Below, in pieces: positions 8,455-17,983 of a DNA stretch of 64,000 bases. Position numbers and translations under genes: made by a program. The stretch comes from Vicinamibacterales bacterium (lineage in GTDB: Bacteria > Acidobacteriota > Vicinamibacteria > Vicinamibacterales > CAVVIG01), in the NCBI GenBank assembly GCA_035537875.1, contig DATLLJ010000037.1, positions 138,315 to 202,314 on the forward strand. The letters run 5' to 3'. The notes below the pieces were generated by a model, which saw only the letters and a list, made by a program, of their open reading frames with translations, was not told where the DNA came from and searched no databases. Numbering within the stretch: position 1 is the stretch's first letter; each line of letters starts with the position of its first letter.

Positions 8455-10059
8455 TCACGTACGCGGAAAGAGTACACCGGGAGCGAGCTTCCACTCCGGA
8501 TCGAGCGCCCGTTTGACGGCGCGCATCTCCTCCACGCCCTGCCGACCGAACAGTTCCTCGAGGAGACGCTGTTTGCCGCGATTCCGACCCACGCCGTGCT
8601 CGGCCAGTGGAGATCCCCCGAGCGTGATGACTTTCCGTCCGAGCTCCAGGATTGCCATCCGGCCGGCCTCGACGTCGGGGAACGAACGCGGCAGCAGGTT
8701 CGGGTGCAGGTTCCCGTCCGAGATGTGGCCCCAGACAGCCACGTCGAGCCGGCGTCTCCCGAATTCCCGGTCACAACAGCCGAGGAATTCCTCGATGTGC
8801 TCGAAAGGGACGATCAAATCGCCCGCGGTCTTCTCGATACGCGCATCGACCGTCTGTTTGGCTCGTCCGATGCGCGCATTGACCGAGGCCGGAAGTTGTT
8901 CGCGCAGTGCAAGAAACTGCGCCATCCTCGCGCGATCGCCAGGTACGGCGATCAGGATGTCGCCGCATGCTCCGGCGGCATCGAGCATCCGGACGAATCG
9001 CCCGAGCGGCGTGTCGATCCGTGCGGTCTCGCTCGCGCTCGAGATCTGCTCGTACGCCAGCGCGCTCGCCATGGGCGGGAGCTCCAGCGTGATCAACAGG
9101 GCAGTGGCGGTACCGTCAGGCCAGGTCACGCCTGTTTTCCGATCGATGCCGTCTTCACGCGCCAGCTCGAGGCAACGTGCATCCAGGTGCTCAATCGCCG
9201 AGACGTCGATTCCGGAGGGGTCTTTGGTGCGCCACGTTTCCCGCGCCGCGTCGCGCAGGCGCCGCACACATGAGACCGCCGCGTTCCGCACGCCGAACGG
9301 CACGAAGGCGAGACACCAGGCGGGCCTCGGAGACACGACGCGCAAGCTGACGTTGACGATGACTCCGAGCGTGCCCTCGGCGCCGATGAAGAGATCGACC
9401 AGGTCCATACCAGGAGCGGCGAAGTAGCCAGCCGAGACCTTCGGCACATTCGGCATCGCATAGTTCGGGACCGGTACGCGGACCGGACCGCTGTCCAGAC
9501 AGACTTCAAAGTAGCCGTTGGGGTGCGCGTGGACGCGACCCCGCTCGATCTCGAGGACGTCGCCAGTCGGCAAGACCACCGTGATCGCCTCGACCCACCG
9601 GCGGGTACTCCCATACTTGAATGTGGCGGCGCCGGCGGCGTTCGTTGCCACCGTTCCGCCGACGAACGCGCCCGAAAACGTCGGGCCGGCCGGGTAGTAA
9701 CGCCCGGAAGCCGTGAGAGCTGCGTCCAGTTCCGCGAGCGAAACACCCGCTTCGACCATCACGCGGTCGGTGCCGACATCGATGATCCGACCAAAGGCCG
9801 CCGTGCTCAGGACGACATCGCCGTCGGGGGTCGCGCCCCCCGTCAGCGATGACTGGGCGCCGATGGGGAGCACGGTCCGTGACGATCGGAGAGCGGCAGC
9901 GATTTCGGCCTCCGTGGTGGGGACGACGAGCGCCGAGGCGTGCCCACGCACGTGGGCGGCATCTTCACTGACCGACAGGAGCCGATCGGAGTCGGTAATT
10001 CTATCCGGCGCACGCGCGGCGCCTTTCGGCGGCCGCGCAAGGATGCGGTGGGTGGACAT
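8455..10059 (-). CDS. FAD-linked oxidase (GlcD / D-lactate dehydrogenase-like, FAD_binding_4 family)
   Basis: From ATG 10059: MSTHRIL...VVPTTEAEIAAALR...LPIGAQSSLTGGATP...GGTVATNAAG...AEHGVG. The upstream part of the 708-aa track ORF is Arg/His-rich and overlaps the divergent gene. Confidence 0.8.
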   Translation of the reverse strand: MSTHRILARPPKGAARAPDRITDSDRLLSVSEDAAHVRGHASALVVPTTEAEIAAALRSSRTVLPIGAQSSLTGGATPDGDVVLSTAAFGRIIDVGTDRVMVEAGVSLAELDAALTASGRYYPAGPTFSGAFVGGTVATNAAGAATFKYGSTRRWVEAITVVLPTGDVLEIERGRVHAHPNGYFEVCLDSGPVRVPVPNYAMPNVPKVSAGYFAAPGMDLVDLFIGAEGTLGVIVNVSLRVVSPRPAWCLAFVPFGVRNAAVSCVRRLRDAARETWRTKDPSGIDVSAIEHLDARCLELAREDGIDRKTGVTWPDGTATALLITLELPPMASALAYEQISSASETARIDTPLGRFVRMLDAAGACGDILIAVPGDRARMAQFLALREQLPASVNARIGRAKQTVDARIEKTAGDLIVPFEHIEEFLGCCDREFGRRRLDVAVWGHISDGNLHPNLLPRSFPDVEAGRMAILELGRKVITLGGSPLAEHGVGRNRGKQRLLEELFGRQGVEEMRAVKRALDPEWKLAPGVLFPRT

Positions 10060-10101
10060 CGGCGACCATGGTAACCGCGAAGCCGATATACTTCCTCCGA
10101 C

Positions 10102-11565
10102 GTGCCTTTCGCGCCCGAGTACGTCGCGCTGGTCCTCGGCGAGAACTTCGACGATGCGAAGAAGCAGTTTCTGTCGCCGTTGATGGCGATCCAGCTCGCC
10201 CACCTCGTGATGCTCTCTGCGCAGGGCATCGTTGCCTCCGAGGACGCGCATGCGTTGCGCGAGGCGCTCGATGCCGTCTCGCAGACGGACCTTCGGCAAC
10301 AGGCATTCGACGGCTCGTTCGAGGATCTGTTCTTTCTGATCAATCGGCTCGTGGTCGAGCGGTGCGGGGAGAGCGTCGCGGGCCGGCTCCACACCGCGCG
10401 GTCGCGCAACGACATCGACATGACGATGTACCGGATGCGGCAGCGCGACCTGATTCTGGATCTGCTGGAAGCCACGCTGACCCTGCGGAGCTCGCTCGTC
10501 GAGCTGGCCGGGACTCATCTCGAAACCGTCTTCGCGGTGCATACGCATACTCAGCGGGCCCAGCCGACCACGGTGGCGCACTATCTGCTCGGTGTCATCG
10601 AGCAGATCGAGCGGGACGGCATGCGACTGAAAGGCGCTTTCGAGCGAACCAATCGATGTCCCCTCGGTTCATGTGCGATTACCGGCACCGGATTCCCGAT
10701 TGATCGGCACCTTACGGCCGAGCTCCTTGGCTTCGATGGTCCTACGGGGAATACGTTCGGCAGCATCGCCACCGTCGATTACCTGCTGGAGAGCGTATCG
10801 GCGATGACCGTGTTGCTCGTCGGCCTCGGCCGCTTCGTCCAGGACTTGCTGCTGTGGTCGGCTTCGGAGTTCAATTACATGCGGATCGGGGACGGCTTCG
10901 TGCAGTGCAGCAGCATCATGCCGCAGAAACGGAACCCGGTCGCGCTCGAGCACGCGCGGGCGATCGCGAGCACGGGGGTCGGACGAAGCCAGGCAATCGT
11001 GATGGCCGTCCACAACACGCCGTTCGGCGACATCGTCGACACGGAGGACGATCTGCAACCTCTCGTTTTTGCCGCCTTTGACGATGCACGTCGGTCAGTC
11101 AGACTCATGGCGGCCGTCATGGCGAGCGCCGAGTTCGACGCGCAACGTCTCGAACAGCGGGCCGGCGAAGGCTGGACGACGCTCACGGAGCTGGCCGACA
11201 CGCTGGTGCGTGACTGGAATCTCCCGTTTGCGAAAGCCCATGCGGTGTCTGCCCGGCTCGTGACGGCCGGCGAGCGGCCGCCCAAGCGGCCTGTGGCCGA
11301 GCTGTTGAAGGAAGTGGTGAGCGAGCTGGAGATCGATCCCCGGGTGGCGTCGAGTTACACGACCGAGCGGCTCAATGAGATCCTCAGCCCCCGGCACTTC
11401 GTCGACGTTCGACAAACGCCTGGCGGGCCGGCCCCTTCTGAAACGAGTCGAGCCCTCGTCGCCTCGCGCGAGGCGCTGGTCCATGACGGCCTCTGGCTGA
11501 GCGCGCGACGTGACGCGATCCAGGCGGCAGCCGACCTTCTCGCGGCGCGGAGCCGGGCGCTCTAG
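10102..11565 (+). CDS. Argininosuccinate lyase family (fumarate-lyase superfamily) protein, atypical N-terminus
   Basis: TARSRNDIDMT, HTHTQRAQPTT and the signature SSIMPQKRNP. GTG start. Lacks the usual WGGRF-type N-terminus of ArgH. Confidence 0.75.
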   Translation: MPFAPEYVALVLGENFDDAKKQFLSPLMAIQLAHLVMLSAQGIVASEDAHALREALDAVSQTDLRQQAFDGSFEDLFFLINRLVVERCGESVAGRLHTARSRNDIDMTMYRMRQRDLILDLLEATLTLRSSLVELAGTHLETVFAVHTHTQRAQPTTVAHYLLGVIEQIERDGMRLKGAFERTNRCPLGSCAITGTGFPIDRHLTAELLGFDGPTGNTFGSIATVDYLLESVSAMTVLLVGLGRFVQDLLLWSASEFNYMRIGDGFVQCSSIMPQKRNPVALEHARAIASTGVGRSQAIVMAVHNTPFGDIVDTEDDLQPLVFAAFDDARRSVRLMAAVMASAEFDAQRLEQRAGEGWTTLTELADTLVRDWNLPFAKAHAVSARLVTAGERPPKRPVAELLKEVVSELEIDPRVASSYTTERLNEILSPRHFVDVRQTPGGPAPSETSRALVASREALVHDGLWLSARRDAIQAAADLLAARSRAL

Positions 11566-11579
11566 CAGTTACTCCGTTC

Positions 11580-11663
11580 ATGACATCCAGCTACGTCAAG
11601 GTGCTGCTCCTCGAGCTCGTGGTGCTGGCCGCCCTCTGGTGGTTGCAGCAAGCCTTCATTTGA
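11580..11663 (+). CDS. Possible 27-aa single-TM micro-protein upstream of the SSS transporter
   Basis: ATG 11580: MTSSYVKVLLLELVVLAALWWLQQAFI, stop 11661-11663, 6 nt before the transporter ATG. Too short for the ORF track. Confidence 0.3.
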   Translation: MTSSYVKVLLLELVVLAALWWLQQAFI

Positions 11664-11669
11664 TCCTCG

Positions 11670-13370
11670 ATGCACCCTTTCGACTGGCTCGTCCTCGTCA
11701 GCTTCATCGTCTGGATCGTCTACGACGGTCTCAGACGGGTCAAGGACAGCCACGAGCTCGACGGCTACCTCCTGGCGAAGCGGAGCATTCCGTGGTGGGC
11801 TGCGGGGCTCTCGGTGATGGCCACCCAGCTGAGCGCCATCACCATGATCGGCACCACCGGGCAGGGCTACACGGACGGGATGCGATTCATCCAGTTCTAT
11901 TTCGGCCTGCCGTTGGCGATGATCGTCCTCTCGCTGACGCTTGTGCCGTTCTTTTACAGGGCGGGCGTGTACACCGCCTATGAGTATCTGGAGCGCCGGT
12001 TCGACGCCAAGACGCGGACCTTCACCAGTTTCCTGTTCCTCATCTCGCGTGGCATGTCGTGTGGAGCGGTTATCTCGGCTCCGGCTGTCGTCCTGTCGCT
12101 GATTCTCGGCTGGGATTTGACGCTGACGACGCTGGCCATCGCCGTGCCCGCCGTCATCTACACCATGGTCGGGGGCGTTCAGGCGGTGACATGGACCGAC
12201 GTGAAGATCATGGTGCTGATCGTGTTTGGTCTGCTGGCGCTCATCGTCACGGCCATCGGCGGCTACCCGCAGGACATCGGCCTCGTCGGTGGACTGGAGG
12301 TGGCGGCGGCGGCTGGCAGGTTACGCGTCTTCGAGTTCTCCTTCGATCTGACCAATCAGTACACGTTCTGGTCTGGCACGATCGCCGCGCTCTTTCTGTT
12401 CTGCTCCTATTTCGGGACCGATCAAAGCCAGGTACAGCGATTCCTGACGGCCCGGTCGGTGGACGAGGCTCGGCATTCGCTGCTGATGAGCGCGTACTGG
12501 AAGATTCCGCTGCAGGTGCTCGTGCTTCTCCTTGGTGTGCTCGTCTTCGTCTTCTATACCTTCAATCAACCGCCGCTCCTCTTCAGCAGCGTTCAGCAGG
12601 AACGGCTGCGCGAGGGACCGCGCGCAGCCGAGTATGCGCAGCTGCAGGCTCGGTTTGAAGGGATCTTTGCGGCCCGCCGGGCGTCGGCGGGCGAGCTGGC
12701 CGCCGCCCGTCGGGGCACCGACCACGGACGAATCGTTGCGGCTGAGGCCGCTTTCCTCGAGCGCGAAGCGGAGGTGCAGGAGCTCCGCACCCGTGCGGCG
12801 ACGATGGTGAAGGAAACGACCGGAGACTCCTCGTTCACGGACGTGAACTACATCATTCCGACGTTCATCCTTACCCAGTTGCCGATCGGCCTGGTCGGCC
12901 TGCTGATTGTCGCGATCATTCTGGCGGCAACGGATACCATCGCGGGAGAGCTCAACTCGCTGTCCACCGCGACCGTGATCGATTTCTACAAGCGGTGGCT
13001 GCGCCCGACCGGTTCCGACGCGCATTACCTGGCCATTTCCCGGGCGGCGACCGGTTTCTGGGGGTTGTTTGCGTGCTTCGTTGGCGTCTGGGCGGCGGAG
13101 CTCGGTTCACTGATCGAAGTCGTGAACCGGTTCGGATCCTTCTTCTACGGATCGATCCTCGGCGTCTTCATCCTCGCGATCGCCTTTCGCTCGACGACCG
13201 GCAATGGGGCGTTCGTCGGTCTTTTCGCGGGCATGGCCTCGGTGGCCTGGTTTGCGAGCTTCACCAGAGTCGCGTTCCTCTGGCACAACGTCATCGGTGC
13301 CGTCGTAGTGGTGATTGCGGGTTTGGCCGTGAGCGCGATCGACCGTCGGCGGACGTCCTTCGTCCCCTAA
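11670..13370 (+). CDS. Sodium:solute symporter (SSS) family transporter
   Basis: 566 aa with multiple TM helices and an N-terminal pattern LLAKRSIPWWAAGLSVMATQLSAITMIGTTGQGY. It contains a hydrophilic Arg/Ala/Glu-rich insertion of roughly 90 aa. Confidence 0.85.
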   Translation: MHPFDWLVLVSFIVWIVYDGLRRVKDSHELDGYLLAKRSIPWWAAGLSVMATQLSAITMIGTTGQGYTDGMRFIQFYFGLPLAMIVLSLTLVPFFYRAGVYTAYEYLERRFDAKTRTFTSFLFLISRGMSCGAVISAPAVVLSLILGWDLTLTTLAIAVPAVIYTMVGGVQAVTWTDVKIMVLIVFGLLALIVTAIGGYPQDIGLVGGLEVAAAAGRLRVFEFSFDLTNQYTFWSGTIAALFLFCSYFGTDQSQVQRFLTARSVDEARHSLLMSAYWKIPLQVLVLLLGVLVFVFYTFNQPPLLFSSVQQERLREGPRAAEYAQLQARFEGIFAARRASAGELAAARRGTDHGRIVAAEAAFLEREAEVQELRTRAATMVKETTGDSSFTDVNYIIPTFILTQLPIGLVGLLIVAIILAATDTIAGELNSLSTATVIDFYKRWLRPTGSDAHYLAISRAATGFWGLFACFVGVWAAELGSLIEVVNRFGSFFYGSILGVFILAIAFRSTTGNGAFVGLFAGMASVAWFASFTRVAFLWHNVIGAVVVVIAGLAVSAIDRRRTSFVP

Positions 13371-14848
13371 AGAGCCGGCGCGGGGCCGAATACGTCGTCG
13401 ATCGTCAAGACCTTGATCTCGCCGAGCTTCAACGCCTGAATTCCCGGCTCGATGACCTTGCGATCGCCGGTGATGACGATCACCGCCCGGGCCGGGTGGA
13501 TGTACTTGTCGGCGACGCGCTGGACGTCGGCGGCAGTCACCGCCTCGATGCTGGGCACGTACTTCGAAAAGTAGTCGTCGGGCAGCCGATACACGATGGC
13601 GTCCTCGATCTGCCGGGAAATGGCAGTCGTCGTTTCGAAACCGGAAGGATACCGCAGGGAGATGTAGTTCTTGGCGCGGCTGAGCTCTTCTGGCGGGGGA
13701 GCCTTGAGCATGCCGTTCAGCTCGTTAAAAAACTCGGTGAGCGATTCCGACGTCTTGTCGGTCTGCACGCCGGCGGCCGCGAGAAACGGGCCCGCAGAGG
13801 CGCGCATGTCGAATCCCGAGCTCGCTCCGTAGGTGTATCCGTTCCTTTCCCGCAGGTTCAAGTTCAGCCGCGACGAGAACGAGCCGCCGAGGATGGTGTT
13901 GGCGACCTGGATCGGGAAATAGTCCGGCGTCGAGCGGGCGACACCAACCCATCCGATGCGGATCTGGGACTGTGGCGCGCCAGGCTTGTCGACAATGTAA
14001 ACCGTGCGCGTCTGCAGCTCGGGCACGACCGGCATCGTCGGCGAAGGACGTGCCGGCGTCTCGGTCTTCCATCCGCCGAAGCTCGATTCGAGCAGCGGCA
14101 GCACCTTCTCCATGGTCACATCACCGACGACGATCAGCGCGGCGTTTGCGGGCTGAAATGCCGTCGCGTAAAAAGCGCGGAGGTCTGAGGTCGTGAAAGC
14201 CTTCAGGGTGGCCGCCGTGCCGTTGACCGAGGTTCCGTAGCGATGGGCGGAGCCGTACAACACCCGATTGAACGCCGTGGCGTTGATCGTGGCGGGGTTG
14301 TCGCGGGCCTGCAGGATGCTCGTGAGCCGTTCCTGACGCAGTCGGTTGAGCTCGTCATCCGGGAAGGTCGGCCTGAGCGCCACATCGGCCATGAGCGGCA
14401 GCGCGTCGGCCAACCTGGCTACTGGAACGTGGAGCCGAACCGCGGACGAATCGATTCCAGCGGCCGCACTGACGTCGGCGCCGAGAAAGTCGATGGCATC
14501 GGCGAGCTCGAGCGAAGAACGCGATCCGGCGCCCTCGAGCAGCATCGAGGCCGTCAACGTTGCGACGCCGAATTTGTCGGCGGGATCGTCGGCGCTGCCG
14601 CGAAGAACCACGAGGTTGACCTGGGCGACCGGCACTTCGTGCAGCTCGACCAGCCAGACGGGCACGCCGTTGGACAGCTGGCGCTTCTGGACCGTCGGCA
14701 GCCGAACCGGCGGAGGTGTGCCGATTTGTGGTGGTCGCGAGCGGTCGGGCGGGGCCTGCTGAGCCGTCAGCACGGCCGACAGCGCGAGGAGCGCCACCGA
14801 GGCGAGAAGCCTGACCTTATTCCTATCTTTGTATCGGCGCAGCTTCAT
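13367..14848 (-). CDS. M16 family peptidase, probably the non-catalytic partner subunit
   Basis: 493 aa with a signal peptide and M16-like fold regions, but I see no HxxEH motif. Directly downstream of the catalytic M16 gene. Confidence 0.75.
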   Translation of the reverse strand: MKLRRYKDRNKVRLLASVALLALSAVLTAQQAPPDRSRPPQIGTPPPVRLPTVQKRQLSNGVPVWLVELHEVPVAQVNLVVLRGSADDPADKFGVATLTASMLLEGAGSRSSLELADAIDFLGADVSAAAGIDSSAVRLHVPVARLADALPLMADVALRPTFPDDELNRLRQERLTSILQARDNPATINATAFNRVLYGSAHRYGTSVNGTAATLKAFTTSDLRAFYATAFQPANAALIVVGDVTMEKVLPLLESSFGGWKTETPARPSPTMPVVPELQTRTVYIVDKPGAPQSQIRIGWVGVARSTPDYFPIQVANTILGGSFSSRLNLNLRERNGYTYGASSGFDMRASAGPFLAAAGVQTDKTSESLTEFFNELNGMLKAPPPEELSRAKNYISLRYPSGFETTTAISRQIEDAIVYRLPDDYFSKYVPSIEAVTAADVQRVADKYIHPARAVIVITGDRKVIEPGIQALKLGEIKVLTIDDVFGPAPAL

Positions 14849-14854
14849 CTCACG

Positions 14855-16186
14855 TCACTTTTCAGGCTGAACGATAAGCTCGACGCGTCGATCGAGCGGC
14901 AGGAATGCCGCCGCGGCCGCGCGAACATCCGAAACCGAGAGGGCCCGGTAGCGGGCGACATCTTCGTTGAAGTAATCCGGGTCACCGGTCTTCACGAAGT
15001 ATCCGTTGATCTGATCGGCCTTGCCCCCGAACCCGCCGACCCGCTCCATCCTGTTGTAGAAGGACGCTTCAAACTGGTTGATCGCGCGCTCGATCTCGCG
15101 TGCGGTCGGGCCTTCCTGCTGCAGCGTGGCAATCTCGTCGTCGATGAGCTTTTGAAGCTCCTCCACGGTGTGGCCGGGGCGCGGTGTCGCGACGATCTCG
15201 AACGTCGAGGCCAGATCCATCGATCCCTGGAAGGCGGAGACGTCCTGCGCAATCTGCAGCTCGTACACGAGACGCTTGTACAAGCGCGAGTTCTTGCCGC
15301 CCGCGAGAACGTCGGCGACGATGTCCAGTGCCGCGTCTCCTGGCTCGAAGTGTCGAGGCGTCAGCCACGCCAATGTGAGGCGCGGAAGCTGCACGCGGTC
15401 GGTCATCAACTTCCGCTGCACACGCGTCAGCGACACGCCCGGAATCGTCATCGGTTTCGGAGGCGGCGCCGATTTGACGTCGCTGAAATACTTCTCCACG
15501 AGCTGCCGCGTGCGCACCGGGTCGATGTCCCCGGCGACGACGAGGCTGGCGTTCGACGGGGCATAGTACGACCGGAAGAAATTGACGACGTCTTCGTAGC
15601 TGGCGGCGCTCAAGTCCTCCATGTATCCGATCACCGGCCAGTGGTAGGGGTGGCCCTCAGGGAAGAGCATCTCGTTCAAGGCGATCTCCGCCAGGCCGTA
15701 CGGTCGGTTCTCGTAGCTCTGACGCCGTTCGTTCTTGACGACGTCGCGCTGCAGGTCCACCGTCTTCGGGGTCATCGCGTCGAGCAGAAATCCCATGCGA
15801 TCCGATTCGAGGAAGAGCGCGAGCTCGAGGGCGTTCGACGGGACGTCGATGTAGTAGTTGGTCCGATCGTTGGCCGTGGACGCGTTGTTGCCGCCGCCGA
15901 CCGATTCAAGTCGCGTATCGAACTCACCATACGGGACGTGGCCTGACCCCATGAACATCAGATGCTCGAACAGATGCGCGAAGCCGGTTCGCCCGGGGAG
16001 CTCGTTTGCCGACCCCACCCGGTACCAGGTGTTGACGGTGACGATCGGCACGCTGTGATCCTCGTGCAGGATGACCCGCAGTCCATTCGGCAGGGTGAAC
16101 TGCGAGTACGTGACTTCGAGGGGTGGCGCCTGGGCAAAGGCCGACGAGGCAAGGGCCAGTACGAGCAGGACTGGAGCGACCTTCAT
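14855..16186 (-). CDS. M16 family (pitrilysin-like) zinc peptidase, catalytic subunit
   Basis: Signal peptide MKVAPVLLVLALASSAFA and inverted zinc motif HxxEH in GFAHLFEHLMF. Confidence 0.85.
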   Translation of the reverse strand: MKVAPVLLVLALASSAFAQAPPLEVTYSQFTLPNGLRVILHEDHSVPIVTVNTWYRVGSANELPGRTGFAHLFEHLMFMGSGHVPYGEFDTRLESVGGGNNASTANDRTNYYIDVPSNALELALFLESDRMGFLLDAMTPKTVDLQRDVVKNERRQSYENRPYGLAEIALNEMLFPEGHPYHWPVIGYMEDLSAASYEDVVNFFRSYYAPSNASLVVAGDIDPVRTRQLVEKYFSDVKSAPPPKPMTIPGVSLTRVQRKLMTDRVQLPRLTLAWLTPRHFEPGDAALDIVADVLAGGKNSRLYKRLVYELQIAQDVSAFQGSMDLASTFEIVATPRPGHTVEELQKLIDDEIATLQQEGPTAREIERAINQFEASFYNRMERVGGFGGKADQINGYFVKTGDPDYFNEDVARYRALSVSDVRAAAAAFLPLDRRVELIVQPEK

Positions 16187-16220
16187 GGAAGCGATTTTAC
16201 TCCGGCGCCGAACGAGCCGC

Positions 16221-16255
16221 CCGCCGTTTCAGCTGGTCCTTTGTGTCCGTCGAGC
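16221..16255 (+). promoter_or_regulatory. 35-nt motif copy A (upstream of purE)
   Basis: ccgccgtttcagctggtcctttgtgtccgtcgagc. It shares 25/35 ungapped identities with copy B, including an 11-nt and an 8-nt perfect block at identical spacing. Confidence 0.5.
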
Positions 16256-16276
16256 CGTTCGTGATGAAATAGCCGC

Positions 16277-16768
16277 ATGCCGGATCCGGCTCCTCTCGTG
16301 GGCATCATCATGGGCAGCACGTCGGACTGGGATACCATGCGTCACGCGGCAGAGATGCTCGAGCGCTTCGGCGTGCCCCACGAGACGAAGGTCGTCTCCG
16401 CCCATCGCACGCCGTCCCTGATGGCCGAGTACGCATCGACGGCCGCCGGCCGAGGGCTCGTGGTGATCGTCGCCGGTGCGGGCGGCGCCGCCCATCTTCC
16501 GGGTATGGTCGCTTCGCATACCCTCCTGCCCGTCATCGGCGTACCGGTGCAGAGCGCCGCGCTCAGCGGGCTCGATTCCCTGCTGTCGATCGTGCAGATG
16601 CCGAAAGGGGTGCCGGTTGCCACGGTTGCGATTGGCGCGTCGGGAGCGGCGAACGCTGGCCTGCTGGCCGTGGCAATCCTCGCCACGTCGCGCCCGGAGC
16701 TTCGGACGAAGCTACAGACCTACCGTGACGAAATGGCAGCCGACGTCGGTCGCGCGTCGCTCTCGTGA
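16277..16768 (+). CDS. purE: N5-carboxyaminoimidazole ribonucleotide mutase
   Basis: [11 protein letters not shown]...VSAHRTP...[12 protein letters not shown]...PVIGVP, 163 aa. Confidence 0.95.
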   Translation: MPDPAPLVGIIMGSTSDWDTMRHAAEMLERFGVPHETKVVSAHRTPSLMAEYASTAAGRGLVVIVAGAGGAAHLPGMVASHTLLPVIGVPVQSAALSGLDSLLSIVQMPKGVPVATVAIGASGAANAGLLAVAILATSRPELRTKLQTYRDEMAADVGRASLS

Positions 16769-16778
16769 GAGTCGGCTA

Positions 16779-16813
16779 CCGCCGTTTCAAGCTGTCATCT
16801 GACCTCGTCGAGC
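16779..16813 (+). promoter_or_regulatory. 35-nt motif copy B (between purE and purK)
   Basis: ccgccgtttcaagctgtcatctgacctcgtcgagc, in the same orientation as copy A. It ends 10 nt before the purK ATG. Confidence 0.5.
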
Positions 16814-16823
16814 TGCCATTTCA

Positions 16824-17966
16824 ATGTCCGATGTGATACTTCCCGGCGCGACGATTGGCGTGCTCGGCGGAGGCCAGCTGGGTCGCATGTTTGCCATCGC
16901 CGCCCGGCGTCTCGGCTACCGCGTTCACACGCTTGCGCCGGAGGACGACACCCCCACGGGACAGATCGCCGACGTGGAAATCAATGCCGAGTACGATGAC
17001 CTCGACGCCGTCCGCGCGTTCGCGAAGGGCGTGGACGTCGTGACGTTCGAATTCGAAAACGTATCAGCAGCGGCCACCGCCGCAGCGGAAGAGCAGGCGA
17101 TCGTGCGCCCGAGCGGCCGCGCGCTCTTCCTGACGCAGCACCGCATCCGCGAAAAGACGTTTCTCGCCGACCGCGGGCTGCCAGTCACGCCATTTGCGGC
17201 GGTGACGTCCCAACGGGACCTCGACGAGGCCGTCGCCCGAATCGGGTGTCCGGCGGTGTTGAAGACGGCGAGCTTCGGTTACGACGGAAAAGGGCAGCAT
17301 CCGATCGCGAGCCCCGCGGAGGGGGCGCGCGCGTGGCAGGCGCTCGGGGGTCGCGAGGCCGTCCTCGAGGCGTTCATCGACCTCGACTCCGAAATCTCAG
17401 TGGTTGCGGCCCGTGGCGTCGACGGCGCAATCGTCCCCTTCACTCCGTTTGGCAACACGCATCGTCGCCACATCCTCGACGTTTCGGTAGCGCCCGCCCC
17501 CGTGTCGTCCGAGACGGCGCGCCAGGCCGTGAGCCTGACGCGCGGCGTGCTCGAGGCGCTCGACTACATCGGTATCCTGTGCGTGGAGTTCTTCGTGGCG
17601 CGGGACGGCCGGCTCCTGATCAACGAGCTGGCTCCCAGGCCCCACAACTCGGGCCACCTGACGTTCGACGCGTGCCGGACGAGCCAGTTCGAACAGCAAC
17701 TGAGAGCGATCTGCGGGTTGCCCCTGGGATCGTCCGAGCTGCTGCAGCCGGCGGCCATGGCCAATCTGCTCGGCGATCTCTGGACGAACGGAGAACCCGA
17801 CTGGCGGGCGGCTTTGGCGGTCCCGGAGGTAAAACTGCACCTGTACGGAAAAACGGTGCCGCGCCCCGGCCGTAAGATGGGGCATCTCACGGCGCTGGCC
17901 GCATCGCCAGACGAGGCCAAAGCATTAGTGCTGCGCGCGCGCGACGCACTCCTCTCGAAGGCGTGA
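16824..17966 (+). CDS. purK: N5-carboxyaminoimidazole ribonucleotide synthase (ATP-grasp)
   Basis: IGVLGGGQLGRM...CPAVLKT...GYDGKGQ...NELAPRPHNSGH...GRKMGHLT, 380 aa. Confidence 0.9.
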   Translation: MSDVILPGATIGVLGGGQLGRMFAIAARRLGYRVHTLAPEDDTPTGQIADVEINAEYDDLDAVRAFAKGVDVVTFEFENVSAAATAAAEEQAIVRPSGRALFLTQHRIREKTFLADRGLPVTPFAAVTSQRDLDEAVARIGCPAVLKTASFGYDGKGQHPIASPAEGARAWQALGGREAVLEAFIDLDSEISVVAARGVDGAIVPFTPFGNTHRRHILDVSVAPAPVSSETARQAVSLTRGVLEALDYIGILCVEFFVARDGRLLINELAPRPHNSGHLTFDACRTSQFEQQLRAICGLPLGSSELLQPAAMANLLGDLWTNGEPDWRAALAVPEVKLHLYGKTVPRPGRKMGHLTALAASPDEAKALVLRARDALLSKA

Positions 17967-17983
17967 CCGACGGTTCGTACTCG

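Noticed and set aside
10060-10581. N-terminal extension of the 708-aa ORF for the FAD-linked oxidase
   Set aside because: The extension overlaps the well-supported divergent ArgH-like gene and has biased composition. The family-typical N-terminus begins at ATG 10059.
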